Below are positions 44,466-53,119 of a DNA stretch of 53,119 nt, in pieces. The stretch covers positions 1 to 53,119 of the IMG/VR virus record IMGVR_UViG_3300044608_001820; one strand, written 5' to 3'. Under the pieces are notes generated by a model. The model was not told the origin of the DNA. It searched no databases and was given only the letters and a program-made list of their open reading frames with translations. The position numbers were made by a program, and so were the translations under genes. Source of the stretch: a virus (Duplodnaviria; Caudoviricetes). The number at the start of each line of letters is the position of its first letter. The first letter of the stretch is position 1.

Positions 44466-45179
44466 GTGGAACTTCTGACCTTCATCGGTCAGGCGGCTAG
44501 GCGCAAAAGCGATTATATCGAACGCGCCGAGAATCTGGCCGATTCAGCCAAGACCCTCGAAAAACTCGAGGAAGAGATGAGCGGGAGAGCCCAAGCACTC
44601 TCCCGTAAACTCGCAAACACCAAGATCACCCTCGCTGAATTTAAGCGTGCAGCGGCGGAGGACACTTTAATCTCGTCCCTCGCCGCAACTCACCTCGGAC
44701 GTGGCAAACGAACGGAATTATCCGACGCAGCTTACGCCGAGGCAATGGGTCAGATGCAGTATCTTTGGAGGTTCTTCGAAGATATTGAGAAAGCTTTGTC
44801 CGAGGGTAAAATTGAGTACGGTAAGGTAGATTTCGCCACAGCGGACGAGATCGAAGACGATATCCTTGGGATCATTCCAGAGGACAGTCTCGATGCCAAA
44901 CCGGGCAAGTCAATTCCAGCGAGTTGGTCCGGGGTTCAAACAAGATTAGACCGGTATCTTGTCACCCCGGCTTACCGTTGGTTCAACGCGGGAGAGATGG
45001 CCCGCCGTCAAGAATTAGGCGCAAGCGAGATGCGACGCATCGCCAGACGAGATAAGCGAGTCTGTCGTGATTGCCTCGACTATGACGCCGCGGGATGGCA
45101 ACCAATTGGTGGCCTCCCCGTACCAGGAACCCGTTGCAGGTGCCTAGATCGCTGTAGGTGCCGCTTAGAATATCGGTAA
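44466..45179 (+). CDS. minor head / head morphogenesis protein (Mu gpF-like)
   Basis: DKRVCRDC...PVPG...CRCRL. Confidence 0.6.
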   Translation: MELLTFIGQAARRKSDYIERAENLADSAKTLEKLEEEMSGRAQALSRKLANTKITLAEFKRAAAEDTLISSLAATHLGRGKRTELSDAAYAEAMGQMQYLWRFFEDIEKALSEGKIEYGKVDFATADEIEDDILGIIPEDSLDAKPGKSIPASWSGVQTRLDRYLVTPAYRWFNAGEMARRQELGASEMRRIARRDKRVCRDCLDYDAAGWQPIGGLPVPGTRCRCLDRCRCRLEYR

Positions 45180-45244
45180 CGGGTAAATCAGTTACAAGAA
45201 CGCTTCAATCTCGAAGCGATTGAATTCCATTAGCTCTATACAAA

Positions 45245-45691
45245 ATGGCAGCTCCTGTATACGGCAAGCAGTACATCCGCTTCGCCGAAACCTTCCGTGT
45301 CGCTGAAGGCACCGTCGTAAACCAGTTCCGCGTCGTTGAACTGACTGGCGCCCCTGGAGATCATCCTCCCCTGCTCGTTGAGCAGTCCAATGGTGGTGCC
45401 GCCATCGGCGTGGCTCAGTACACCGTGAACGATAACGTGCCTCCTACCGGTTTCGCTACCGATGAAGTGCGTCTTCTGACCGTGGCTACTTCCGGCCTCC
45501 TGCTGGTTGACGCCGACGGCACTCTGGGCACCAATGACATCGGTACCGCTCTGGAAGTGATTGCCGGTGGTATCGCTTCTGACGCCGGCACTGTCGGCTC
45601 CACCGCTGTGACCGTGAACGGCACCACTCCGATCATTCGTGACGTGCTGAACATTGGCGGTGAGCAATATGCTCTCGTGAGCTTCAGCTGA
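45245..45691 (+). CDS. capsid decoration/cement protein (DUF2190-like)
   Basis: position before the MCP; YGKQYIR; G/A/T-rich. Confidence 0.65.
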   Translation: MAAPVYGKQYIRFAETFRVAEGTVVNQFRVVELTGAPGDHPPLLVEQSNGGAAIGVAQYTVNDNVPPTGFATDEVRLLTVATSGLLLVDADGTLGTNDIGTALEVIAGGIASDAGTVGSTAVTVNGTTPIIRDVLNIGGEQYALVSFS

Positions 45692-45786
45692 TCTAATCTT
45701 ATACGTAAACTTCGATCTTGGCTTCGGTCACTTCCGTGTAAGTCCAAGATCGTCTCTAACCTTCTGCAGAAGGAGACTTAAAGTCC

Positions 45787-46833
45787 ATGATGAATCTAAG
45801 GGACACCTACGGTGGTGTCGATCCTATTCTGACTACACTGGCTCAGGGCTTCATGCTGCCCGAGACCAGCATTGCTAACTTCATCGCTCCCGTGGTGGAC
45901 ACCCCCACTCGGGCTGGTAAGATCCTGCGCTTCGGCAAGGAAGCTTTTGCTATCCAAGACTATCGTCGCGCATACGGATCCAACATTCCTGCTGTTCAGA
46001 GCCGCTTCGATACCGACGCTTACGCTCTGCAACAAGAAGTGATCGCTTGGGAACTTCCCGAAGAAGTGATCGAGAACGCTGGTGAAGGTCCTGCTCAGGT
46101 TGATCTGCGTGCTATTGAGACACGCAACGCCATGAGCCGCCTGATGAACAGCTATGAGGTGAACGTTGCTGACGCTGTGAGCACCGTCGCCAACTACGAA
46201 GCTGTGAGCGCCACGAGCCTGGGTCTTGGCTACGCTGACTGGACCGCTTATGCTGCCGATGCTACTGCTCTCGGTATCGCTGACGGTGGCAACCCTTGGG
46301 GCACCCCTACCAACAACCCGATCGTTGACGTTCTGAACTGGAAGCGTGCCGTTTCCAACCAGATCGGTATTCGTCCCAATAGCGCTGTTATCGGTACTGC
46401 CGTATTCGATAGCCTGCTGACCAACCCTGCAATCCTGGAGCGTATCCAGTTCACCACCGCCGACTCGATCGACGTGGATGTGCTGGCACGTTACTTCGGT
46501 CTTGAGCGCGGTATCCGCGTGGCTGAGGGTCGTAGACTGGCTGACAATGGCGAACTGCTGCCCGTGTTCCCTGAGAACGGTGTGCTGCTGTTCTACAGCC
46601 CGCTGTCTGCTTCTGACTCGGTGATGCCTGCCGGTGGCGCTAATGCTGCTACACCTGCCTTCGCTTACACCTACCAGCTGACCGGCACTCCTGCTGTACG
46701 TCCTGAGTACTACATCCGTGAGCGTCGTGTGGTCCGTGCTGAGATCACCGTTGAGCGCGTGATCAATATCACTGGTCTGGGTGCTACTGGTGCTTTCGGT
46801 TCTGGCTTCTACATCGACGACGTATTCGCCTGA
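45787..46833 (+). CDS. major capsid protein
   Basis: VDPILTTLAQGF, FGKEAF, GIRPN; strong codon bias; AAGGAG RBS. Confidence 0.88.
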   Translation: MMNLRDTYGGVDPILTTLAQGFMLPETSIANFIAPVVDTPTRAGKILRFGKEAFAIQDYRRAYGSNIPAVQSRFDTDAYALQQEVIAWELPEEVIENAGEGPAQVDLRAIETRNAMSRLMNSYEVNVADAVSTVANYEAVSATSLGLGYADWTAYAADATALGIADGGNPWGTPTNNPIVDVLNWKRAVSNQIGIRPNSAVIGTAVFDSLLTNPAILERIQFTTADSIDVDVLARYFGLERGIRVAEGRRLADNGELLPVFPENGVLLFYSPLSASDSVMPAGGANAATPAFAYTYQLTGTPAVRPEYYIRERRVVRAEITVERVINITGLGATGAFGSGFYIDDVFA

Positions 46834-46868
46834 TCCTTCTTAAATCTTTTTCTTAAGGAGGACCTCCG

Positions 46869-47291
46869 ATGCCTGTTATCACACCAATCCCAAAGTCAGC
46901 GTTTATCGTTACCATCTCTGGAATGGAAACGATTTGGACTCAGTTTTCTGGGATTTCGGATACGGCGGAAAGTGGTCAGTACGCTAATGGAACTGGGAAC
47001 CGCATCTATAAAGTTGTTGGTCCCCGCTCTATTGACGATGTAACTGTCACAGCTCCGTACGATCCTGCATTGGCTCACACAATTGAGCAAATTTGGGCAA
47101 ACTACAACTGCGAATTTATCACCATCACCGTTCAACCAACTGCTTGCGATGGCGACACAGCTAATAGCACTGCTTACGTGCTTAGCGGTTGCCAACTGCA
47201 GCAGCTGACTGTCGCTGAGATGGATCGCGAATCTGGCGACGTTGGAACCATTGAGTTGGTCTTCACAGTCAACACTTGGAACTACGCCTGA
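46869..47291 (+). CDS. tail tube protein
   Basis: FIVTISG...FSGI...LSGCQ...IELVF. Confidence 0.7.
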   Translation: MPVITPIPKSAFIVTISGMETIWTQFSGISDTAESGQYANGTGNRIYKVVGPRSIDDVTVTAPYDPALAHTIEQIWANYNCEFITITVQPTACDGDTANSTAYVLSGCQLQQLTVAEMDRESGDVGTIELVFTVNTWNYA

Positions 47292-47311
47292 TCAGTCGTA
47301 ATTATCCTATT

Positions 47312-47337
47312 AAGCCTCGCTTCGGCGGGGCTTTTTT
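47312..47337 (+). terminator. rho-independent terminator
   Basis: AAGCCTCGC-TTCG-GCGGGGCTT-TTTT. Confidence 0.9.
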
Positions 47338-47379
47338 ATTGAGGGTAAAATACACACAAGAAATCTAGCGCCGGAGTGC

Positions 47380-47811
47380 ATGGCGAAGACATTATTTGGG
47401 CCTGGAGTCATTGTAACGTCCCAGTGGCTCAACGGTGCACGTGAGATTAGTTTTGATGGAGCCGATGCTGATTGGCATTATGCGCCCATCAACGGAAATG
47501 ATATTCAACGCGGCGGCGATAACGGTCTAGACTCTGTTTACGTCACGCTTCAAACCGACCAGAGTTACGGATCCATTCCCGTCACTGGCCGCAAGAGCTT
47601 TATGGGCTTGGTGCAGTTTGGCGACCAAGTTAACACCAGTGGACTCAACGCTCCGCTGTCTTGGAATACGAATGCCAAGTTCAATCAAGGCGGATCACAA
47701 CAGAGCTTCTTAGTCAAGTACGCTCAGCTTGACTCTCCCGATCTCATCACGAAGGAGATCCTCAATGAGCGAATCAATAACTTCCCAGTTGTAGACGAAG
47801 GGTTCTTCTAA
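47380..47811 (+). CDS. virion structural protein (putative)
   Basis: MAKTLFGPGVIVTSQWLN; late operon. Confidence 0.6.
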   Translation: MAKTLFGPGVIVTSQWLNGAREISFDGADADWHYAPINGNDIQRGGDNGLDSVYVTLQTDQSYGSIPVTGRKSFMGLVQFGDQVNTSGLNAPLSWNTNAKFNQGGSQQSFLVKYAQLDSPDLITKEILNERINNFPVVDEGFF

Positions 47812-50800
47812 TGCCGCAGTACGCGCCGCTTCCTCCCATCGACCTCGATCCGAGGAACGAATCGGAGTTGGTAGCCGCCGCAGCGCAGAGAGTCTACGAA
47901 GCGTCCGGCGCCACAATCAATGATTTCTCGAGTGGTTCGCCGGTTCTCGCACTACTTGAGGGTCAAGCCTTTGCGCAAGCTGAATTGCTTGCTTTTGCTA
48001 ACTCATTCCCCGAGTCCGTTCTTGTTGAATGGATCGGGCCATTTCTTGGTGCTCAGCGGCGTACAGGCGCTGGTGCTGTGGTTGAAGTCGAGTTTTCAAT
48101 CACTCCCACGATCCAAGAGTTTGTCATTTTCCCGGGATTTCAGGTCTCAACTAATCCCAATCTGACTGGTGGTCAGTCAATATCTTTTGTAACAACGGAT
48201 CTCCTTCGCATCTCACCCGGCGAAGAATCGGGTCGTGTTAGAGCCGTAGCGTTGCTCCGCGGATCAGCAACGAATGTTCCTGCTGGGTCCATCGTAAATA
48301 CGGTTACGTCCCTTGCGGGAGTCACGGGAGTAATCAACCCTGAAGCCGCGGCTGGTGGCCAAGATCCAGAGCTACTGCAAGAAGTTAAAGAACGCTTCTT
48401 CTCACTTATTCGCCGTCGCAATCCGGTTTCCGCTGAGGACTGGGAAGATTTCTTCTCCGATGCTCTTGGTCCTGGAACGGGCGTCAATGTGTTACCTCGT
48501 CGGTCTGAGAAAGACGTATATCGCTACGACACTAACTTTGTTGAGAGTGCTCCCGCAGTAGCATTCTTCATCATCAACCCAGATGGGAGTCCGCTGACAA
48601 CGGCACAAAGATCATCGCTTCAAAATTTGATTCGCTGGGCCCTTCCGACTGAATTTCAGGGAACGGTTTATTCGATGGAAGTTGACGATGTTGACATTTC
48701 CGTTGATCTGCTCTACGACCCGAATAAGCCATACGCCCAAGATCTCCGAACATTCACGGAGACCGTAAGGAATAATCTCTTCGGCATTCTAACACCGAAT
48801 GCGGTTTTTCCTGTTAGCTACGATCCGAATGTCTCAGATATTGAAGGAGCTCTGGCTACATCGTTCCCACTCACCCTTGGGACCACAAATCAGTTTATTG
48901 ATCCAGACATCGCTCAACTAAACGCGTATTATACTCCGCGTGGACTCGGATCACCTTCATTCACCGTGGTGACACCGCAGGCGTTTGAGACTGGGGCCAC
49001 ATTCCAGCCCGGCGACGTTTTAGTGAATGCCACAGGATCACTTCCCACTTATTATCCGGTACTTCAAGCATTCACCCCGGTTAATGCAAATAAGTCATAT
49101 TACGCCAACATCAATAATCTGTCATTTACGCTAATTCGTGAGTTAGCTCCTGGCGAATACGAGACCGGTGATGTAATCAGCGTCGTAAATGAGATAGGAG
49201 CTTCCCTCCACGTTGCCCTGGCAAGTTTCACGTATACGGGAAACCGGACACTGTCCAATCTAATCGATGCTGGACTTATCTCCGCGGCGAAAGCTTTCAC
49301 CGAGTGGTCCGTTGGAGCAAATATCGAAGCACGTACTCAACAAGGATTGTATGATCCGGACATCATCGCGTTCCAGAGCGGTGATCTTAACACGGAGGTC
49401 TTTGAACCTCGGACGCCTGAGAATGTTGATCTCAATCGCCGTGCGGGCTATCCGATTTGGGTGGCTAAGCAGAACTTCGTTGTTGAAGCTAGCACAGTAG
49501 ACCTCGGCACTGCACAGCAATCGGGATTCGTTTCCACTCAGCGTATTGAGTTCGAACTTCTTCTTAGCGAGGAGTCATACACAGCGGGACAATTCGTCGC
49601 ATCGCCCACTCCCGAGCAGTTCCTCACTGGAACTATCTCTGAGGATTCATGCTACATCGATCGTCTTCAAGGCGTCGTACGGATCTACGCGAGAGTTCTC
49701 ACAGCTTTCACCTTCCCTGCCTTAGGCGATAGGTCATACAAACAAGTCATCGACGATCTTGTTGCGGCTGGAATCCTGCAAATTATTCAGGTTGTTGACT
49801 ATATCGACTGTGCGGGACGTCCGCTCTTCATCGACAAATCTTTCCGTTATCAGGCTCGATTCCAACTCGGTGAGTATGTGCGCTATCGTCCCGAAGGCGG
49901 ATTTGATGCGGCACAGCTGGAAGACTGTTTCCTGCAAGCGGAAACCTGTGCTGAGGTCTCGTCCGGATGCAAGCGGCTGCTTGAGGCTAATTTGCCGTTG
50001 CCTCGGTACTTCCAAGCCCTTATCGATTTCACACCCGCAACACAAGACCCCGGTCAAATGATCGAAGATGGTCTGCTGATCGAGGTGGCTCCGGAGATCT
50101 TCCGCTACAACTACGTAGTCCCTTCAACAAGCATTCCGCTTAATTTCAGCCCTTCGCAGCTGACCCAAATTCTGCTTGAGCAGGGCGCAATCACAAATCA
50201 GTCTGATCTAGTCGCTGGGCAGACTTTAATTATACTTGGGCCGCTGAATGAGAACCTCGGAACGTATTTCTGGTCTCGTTTAGGATGGCTCACTGAGACC
50301 GGTGGCATTCCCACTTACAGGGATCTCTTCAGGTTTGCTCCGAAGGATGCCGCAACATTCAGGAACGGTTCGTTACTTCGTCAATACGAGGCAACCGAGC
50401 ATGTGACGCCTATTCTCGATCTCGAAGTGTACTTTGACGCCGGCGTGTTCGTTCGCTCGGAAAGACCTGAGACTGTTAAGTATTATGACTCCTCGTATCG
50501 GTACGAGGATGTTATCGCTGACATCACGGGATCTTCGCAAAAGTTCTACCGTGTGGAGAGGTCTTTCACGCCTCCCGATGTAATTCAAACGTGGGCAGGG
50601 GAGCAACCCAACACACCTCGCATCGAAGAAGTATACGGAAATCTTCTCAAGTTCGTTATTCGAGCTCAGTGTGATGAGAGAGTTTTCTCACGACTCGGCG
50701 CGCAAGTCTCCGCAAACAAGCTTGGTGTGGCGACTGTGAAGATTACATCGAAGTCTAACACAGAAGCATCATACACTTACGTCTGGGAGAGTACTCGCTA

Positions 50801-50891
50801 CATCTCGGATCCCGCGCAACTGTCATATTCTCCGACTAGCACATTCGGATACGGTCCGATCAACTACGGCATTGGTACTCTGTCGCTATGA
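47811..50891 (+). CDS. baseplate J-like protein with long C-terminal extension
   Basis: LDPRNESEL, GSATNVPAGSI, AGGQDPE, VSAEDWE. Confidence 0.82.
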   Translation: MPQYAPLPPIDLDPRNESELVAAAAQRVYEASGATINDFSSGSPVLALLEGQAFAQAELLAFANSFPESVLVEWIGPFLGAQRRTGAGAVVEVEFSITPTIQEFVIFPGFQVSTNPNLTGGQSISFVTTDLLRISPGEESGRVRAVALLRGSATNVPAGSIVNTVTSLAGVTGVINPEAAAGGQDPELLQEVKERFFSLIRRRNPVSAEDWEDFFSDALGPGTGVNVLPRRSEKDVYRYDTNFVESAPAVAFFIINPDGSPLTTAQRSSLQNLIRWALPTEFQGTVYSMEVDDVDISVDLLYDPNKPYAQDLRTFTETVRNNLFGILTPNAVFPVSYDPNVSDIEGALATSFPLTLGTTNQFIDPDIAQLNAYYTPRGLGSPSFTVVTPQAFETGATFQPGDVLVNATGSLPTYYPVLQAFTPVNANKSYYANINNLSFTLIRELAPGEYETGDVISVVNEIGASLHVALASFTYTGNRTLSNLIDAGLISAAKAFTEWSVGANIEARTQQGLYDPDIIAFQSGDLNTEVFEPRTPENVDLNRRAGYPIWVAKQNFVVEASTVDLGTAQQSGFVSTQRIEFELLLSEESYTAGQFVASPTPEQFLTGTISEDSCYIDRLQGVVRIYARVLTAFTFPALGDRSYKQVIDDLVAAGILQIIQVVDYIDCAGRPLFIDKSFRYQARFQLGEYVRYRPEGGFDAAQLEDCFLQAETCAEVSSGCKRLLEANLPLPRYFQALIDFTPATQDPGQMIEDGLLIEVAPEIFRYNYVVPSTSIPLNFSPSQLTQILLEQGAITNQSDLVAGQTLIILGPLNENLGTYFWSRLGWLTETGGIPTYRDLFRFAPKDAATFRNGSLLRQYEATEHVTPILDLEVYFDAGVFVRSERPETVKYYDSSYRYEDVIADITGSSQKFYRVERSFTPPDVIQTWAGEQPNTPRIEEVYGNLLKFVIRAQCDERVFSRLGAQVSANKLGVATVKITSKSNTEASYTYVWESTRYISDPAQLSYSPTSTFGYGPINYGIGTLSL

Positions 50892-52390
50892 GCGAAGTAT
50901 TGCCTCAGTCAGAACTAGGAAGGATCGTCACCAAGCCACTGGCTGATGGATTCGCGAAAGTTAACGTTGCAAACCAAGAAGCTCTAGAGATCTTAGCACT
51001 CACTCCGACTAGTACGGTCTGGGGTGGTCCTTTCGGACGTCCAATTTACGACCGTCTTCCAGGAGTTTCTGAAGGATATCGCCGAGAGTTTTTCGGGGAA
51101 CGCGGGCGGGGATTCGTCTACATTGATCCTCAATTCGGATCCTCAGTTGGTCCCGGATCACTGCAAGTCGGCGCGTGGCAGGAAGATCCTCAGGTTCTTA
51201 TCGTTTACAATGGTACGATCACCTGGGCATTTGGTCAGATTGAGACAAATACGCTTGCACTCAACCTTTCAAATGTCGTTCCGAACGGGATTCAGGATGG
51301 GTCATATCAGATAGGTTACTACCTCAATCGTGTAGATCCTGATAAGGCTACGTTCTCAAAATTTGCGGTAGAGAACTATTCTCTCGGCGCAAGTGAAACT
51401 ATTTACGCCGCGGACGCTGAAGCAAAATATCACCCGGTAGTATCGATGTTCTCTGAGCCAAGTGATGGCTCGTGGAAACCAAGTGAGTTTGGGGAGACCG
51501 GAGATTACGTTGACGGATCATCCGTCACGATGGATTTCACTGAAGCAGTTGTTGCCAAAACCTTCACGTTAGTGGCCGCTGAAACCGGTCTAGCTACGGC
51601 TCTTTGCGCACTTTATAGTTCAGACGATGCTATTGTATGGAATTTAGAGGATTCAGTTGCACCTCGTAACAACGAGTGGATACTCAATTGCGGGCTGAAT
51701 GACGGCGCAAGATACTATCGCCTATTCTTTTGGGGCGGAGAAGCCGATATCTCTGAGGTAAGATACACTGGCGAAGCAATTTTTAGGGACCGACAACCAG
51801 TAGTCCCACGCTCAGAGGCTGAACTCTTTCTCGAGGGAGAGTTCGATCAGATTGATCGTCCTCACCTTGTACTTGCCATCGTTACGGTAAGTAACTATGA
51901 GATCACCGAGATTCGGGATACTCGTAGTCAGACATCAATCAAGTACGAGCCAGTTGCTTCATGGCTCACGGAGTTTCAGGACTCATCACTACGATTCTTA
52001 ATCACGAGCATCGAGAATTACTCGTCGCTCTACATGGCTCCTACGGCCACGTTAGACACTTATTATGAGCGTCTGCTTGAGGAGAACTTCGTCTTCGAAT
52101 CGGAGACTAAGACGCCGGTCATCACCTTCCCCTCAAGTATTGAACTAGAGGATGGGTGGATACTTATCGGTGACGCCTTACTCGAAACAGATCCTCTCGT
52201 TGAAAACCTTGCCGTCGATCCGTCTGGCTTAATTATCGACGGGCAGGAGATCGCTCAATTTCAGTCTAATTCCTCTGTCACTCCTTTTAACATCATCCTT
52301 CTAGCAGAGCCGACCGCCGCTGAGGATCTTGCTACAAAGGTGTACGCAGACATCGCGCTCATCCCCTCATTAGACAATGGCCAATACTAA
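50888..52390 (+). CDS. baseplate/tail structural protein with discoidin-like segment
   Basis: YSSDDAIVW...ARYYRLF; coupled to the J-like gene. Confidence 0.6.
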   Translation: MSEVLPQSELGRIVTKPLADGFAKVNVANQEALEILALTPTSTVWGGPFGRPIYDRLPGVSEGYRREFFGERGRGFVYIDPQFGSSVGPGSLQVGAWQEDPQVLIVYNGTITWAFGQIETNTLALNLSNVVPNGIQDGSYQIGYYLNRVDPDKATFSKFAVENYSLGASETIYAADAEAKYHPVVSMFSEPSDGSWKPSEFGETGDYVDGSSVTMDFTEAVVAKTFTLVAAETGLATALCALYSSDDAIVWNLEDSVAPRNNEWILNCGLNDGARYYRLFFWGGEADISEVRYTGEAIFRDRQPVVPRSEAELFLEGEFDQIDRPHLVLAIVTVSNYEITEIRDTRSQTSIKYEPVASWLTEFQDSSLRFLITSIENYSSLYMAPTATLDTYYERLLEENFVFESETKTPVITFPSSIELEDGWILIGDALLETDPLVENLAVDPSGLIIDGQEIAQFQSNSSVTPFNIILLAEPTAAEDLATKVYADIALIPSLDNGQY

Positions 52391-52583
52391 CGTCGTAGCT
52401 GGAGCTAATGTTCAGATCACCGGAACATTGGATATGAGGGAAAATCCAATCACCGGGCTGAATGCGAACGTTAATGAGTACCCGTTATCGCCGAGTGATG
52501 GGGCAACAAAGGCGTACGTAGACTATCAGCGTTCTCTTATTGAGTCGCAGCTTCCTGCCACAGCTAATAACGGGACTTATTGA
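52377..52583 (+). CDS. small structural protein with tail-fibre-type motif
   Basis: ITGL...DGATKAYVD. Confidence 0.55.
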   Translation: MANTNVVAGANVQITGTLDMRENPITGLNANVNEYPLSPSDGATKAYVDYQRSLIESQLPATANNGTY

Positions 52584-52591
52584 GTCGAAGC

Positions 52592-53119
52592 ATGGCGAGT
52601 CCAGTATTTGACAAGGAACAATATGAACTGAGGGGTCATCTTCCGACTCCAATGACAGAGGCGCAAAAGGACGCGCTTAATCTGGCTCTGTCACGAGTTA
52701 ACGGACAGCTTGATTGGAACGCCCAGCTTCTCGGCTATAGCGGACCGAATTATTGGGGGAAGCGAATCCCCACGACCGATGGATCATATAAGTGGAAAGG
52801 ACTTCCTGAAACGGTTTCCGAGAAGCGCGCAGTGCAAACTGGCGCGTTTGGCGTTTACAACAAGAACAAAGAGTATAGTCAGCGCCCAGCTCCGTTTAAT
52901 CGTGAGCAAGTTCGTGCCTCAGCTGACCAAACGTTTGATATTTTTGAGGAGAATGGAGTTACGCGGGTCGCTCCTTTCGGTCAACCACGCGGAGTTCTCT
53001 ACGAGACGAATCCCCGTCTTATCACGGGCGGCGAGTACATCTTCAACGCGCTTGTTGATGTAGAGGCCAATACGGGGGAGACCGAGTGGCTCTACGTAGT
53101 TCAGGACCTTGATCAGGGC
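52592..53119 (+). CDS. structural protein, 5' part (runs off the window)
   Basis: MASPVFDKEQYELRG...; frame open to the end. Confidence 0.65.
   Translation, partial: MASPVFDKEQYELRGHLPTPMTEAQKDALNLALSRVNGQLDWNAQLLGYSGPNYWGKRIPTTDGSYKWKGLPETVSEKRAVQTGAFGVYNKNKEYSQRPAPFNREQVRASADQTFDIFEENGVTRVAPFGQPRGVLYETNPRLITGGEYIFNALVDVEANTGETEWLYVVQDLDQG

Noticed and set aside
52710-53063. 117-aa ORF from the track
   Set aside because: It is an alternative frame inside the more plausible gene starting at 52592.

Overview
A 53-kb segment of a large, probably lytic, contractile-tailed cyanophage; the host is inferred to be a picocyanobacterium (Synechococcus/Cyanobium type). All credible genes but one are on the + strand. 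(1) 1-16.9 kb: many small early-type hypothetical genes behind a repeated palindrome + -10 promoter, plus a C5 cytosine methyltransferase, a GyrA/ParC-type topoisomerase subunit, a YdcF-like protein and an HNH nuclease. (2) 16.9-22.3 kb: an RNA island with 31 tRNAs covering all 20 amino acids, rrn-like boxB/boxA leaders, a very compact permuted two-piece tmRNA, an Ala-type tRNA-like RNA and several unassigned structured RNAs. (3) 20.8-34.5 kb, overlapping the end of the RNA island: accessory and DNA-metabolism genes (sulfotransferase-like, RlpA-like, peroxiredoxin, two metallophosphoesterases, MBD4-like glycosylase, Pol-gamma-like family A polymerase, dNMP kinase, and a ThyA-fold enzyme with Asp at the base-specificity position). 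(4) 34.5-53.1 kb: morphogenesis genes (tail chaperone with a -1 frameshift, large sheath, Mu-like portal/protease/capsid, tube, baseplate). The best candidates for new biology are a putative dCMP-modification plus T:G repair pathway and the RNA island. All calls come from reading motifs by eye; no database search or folding program was run.
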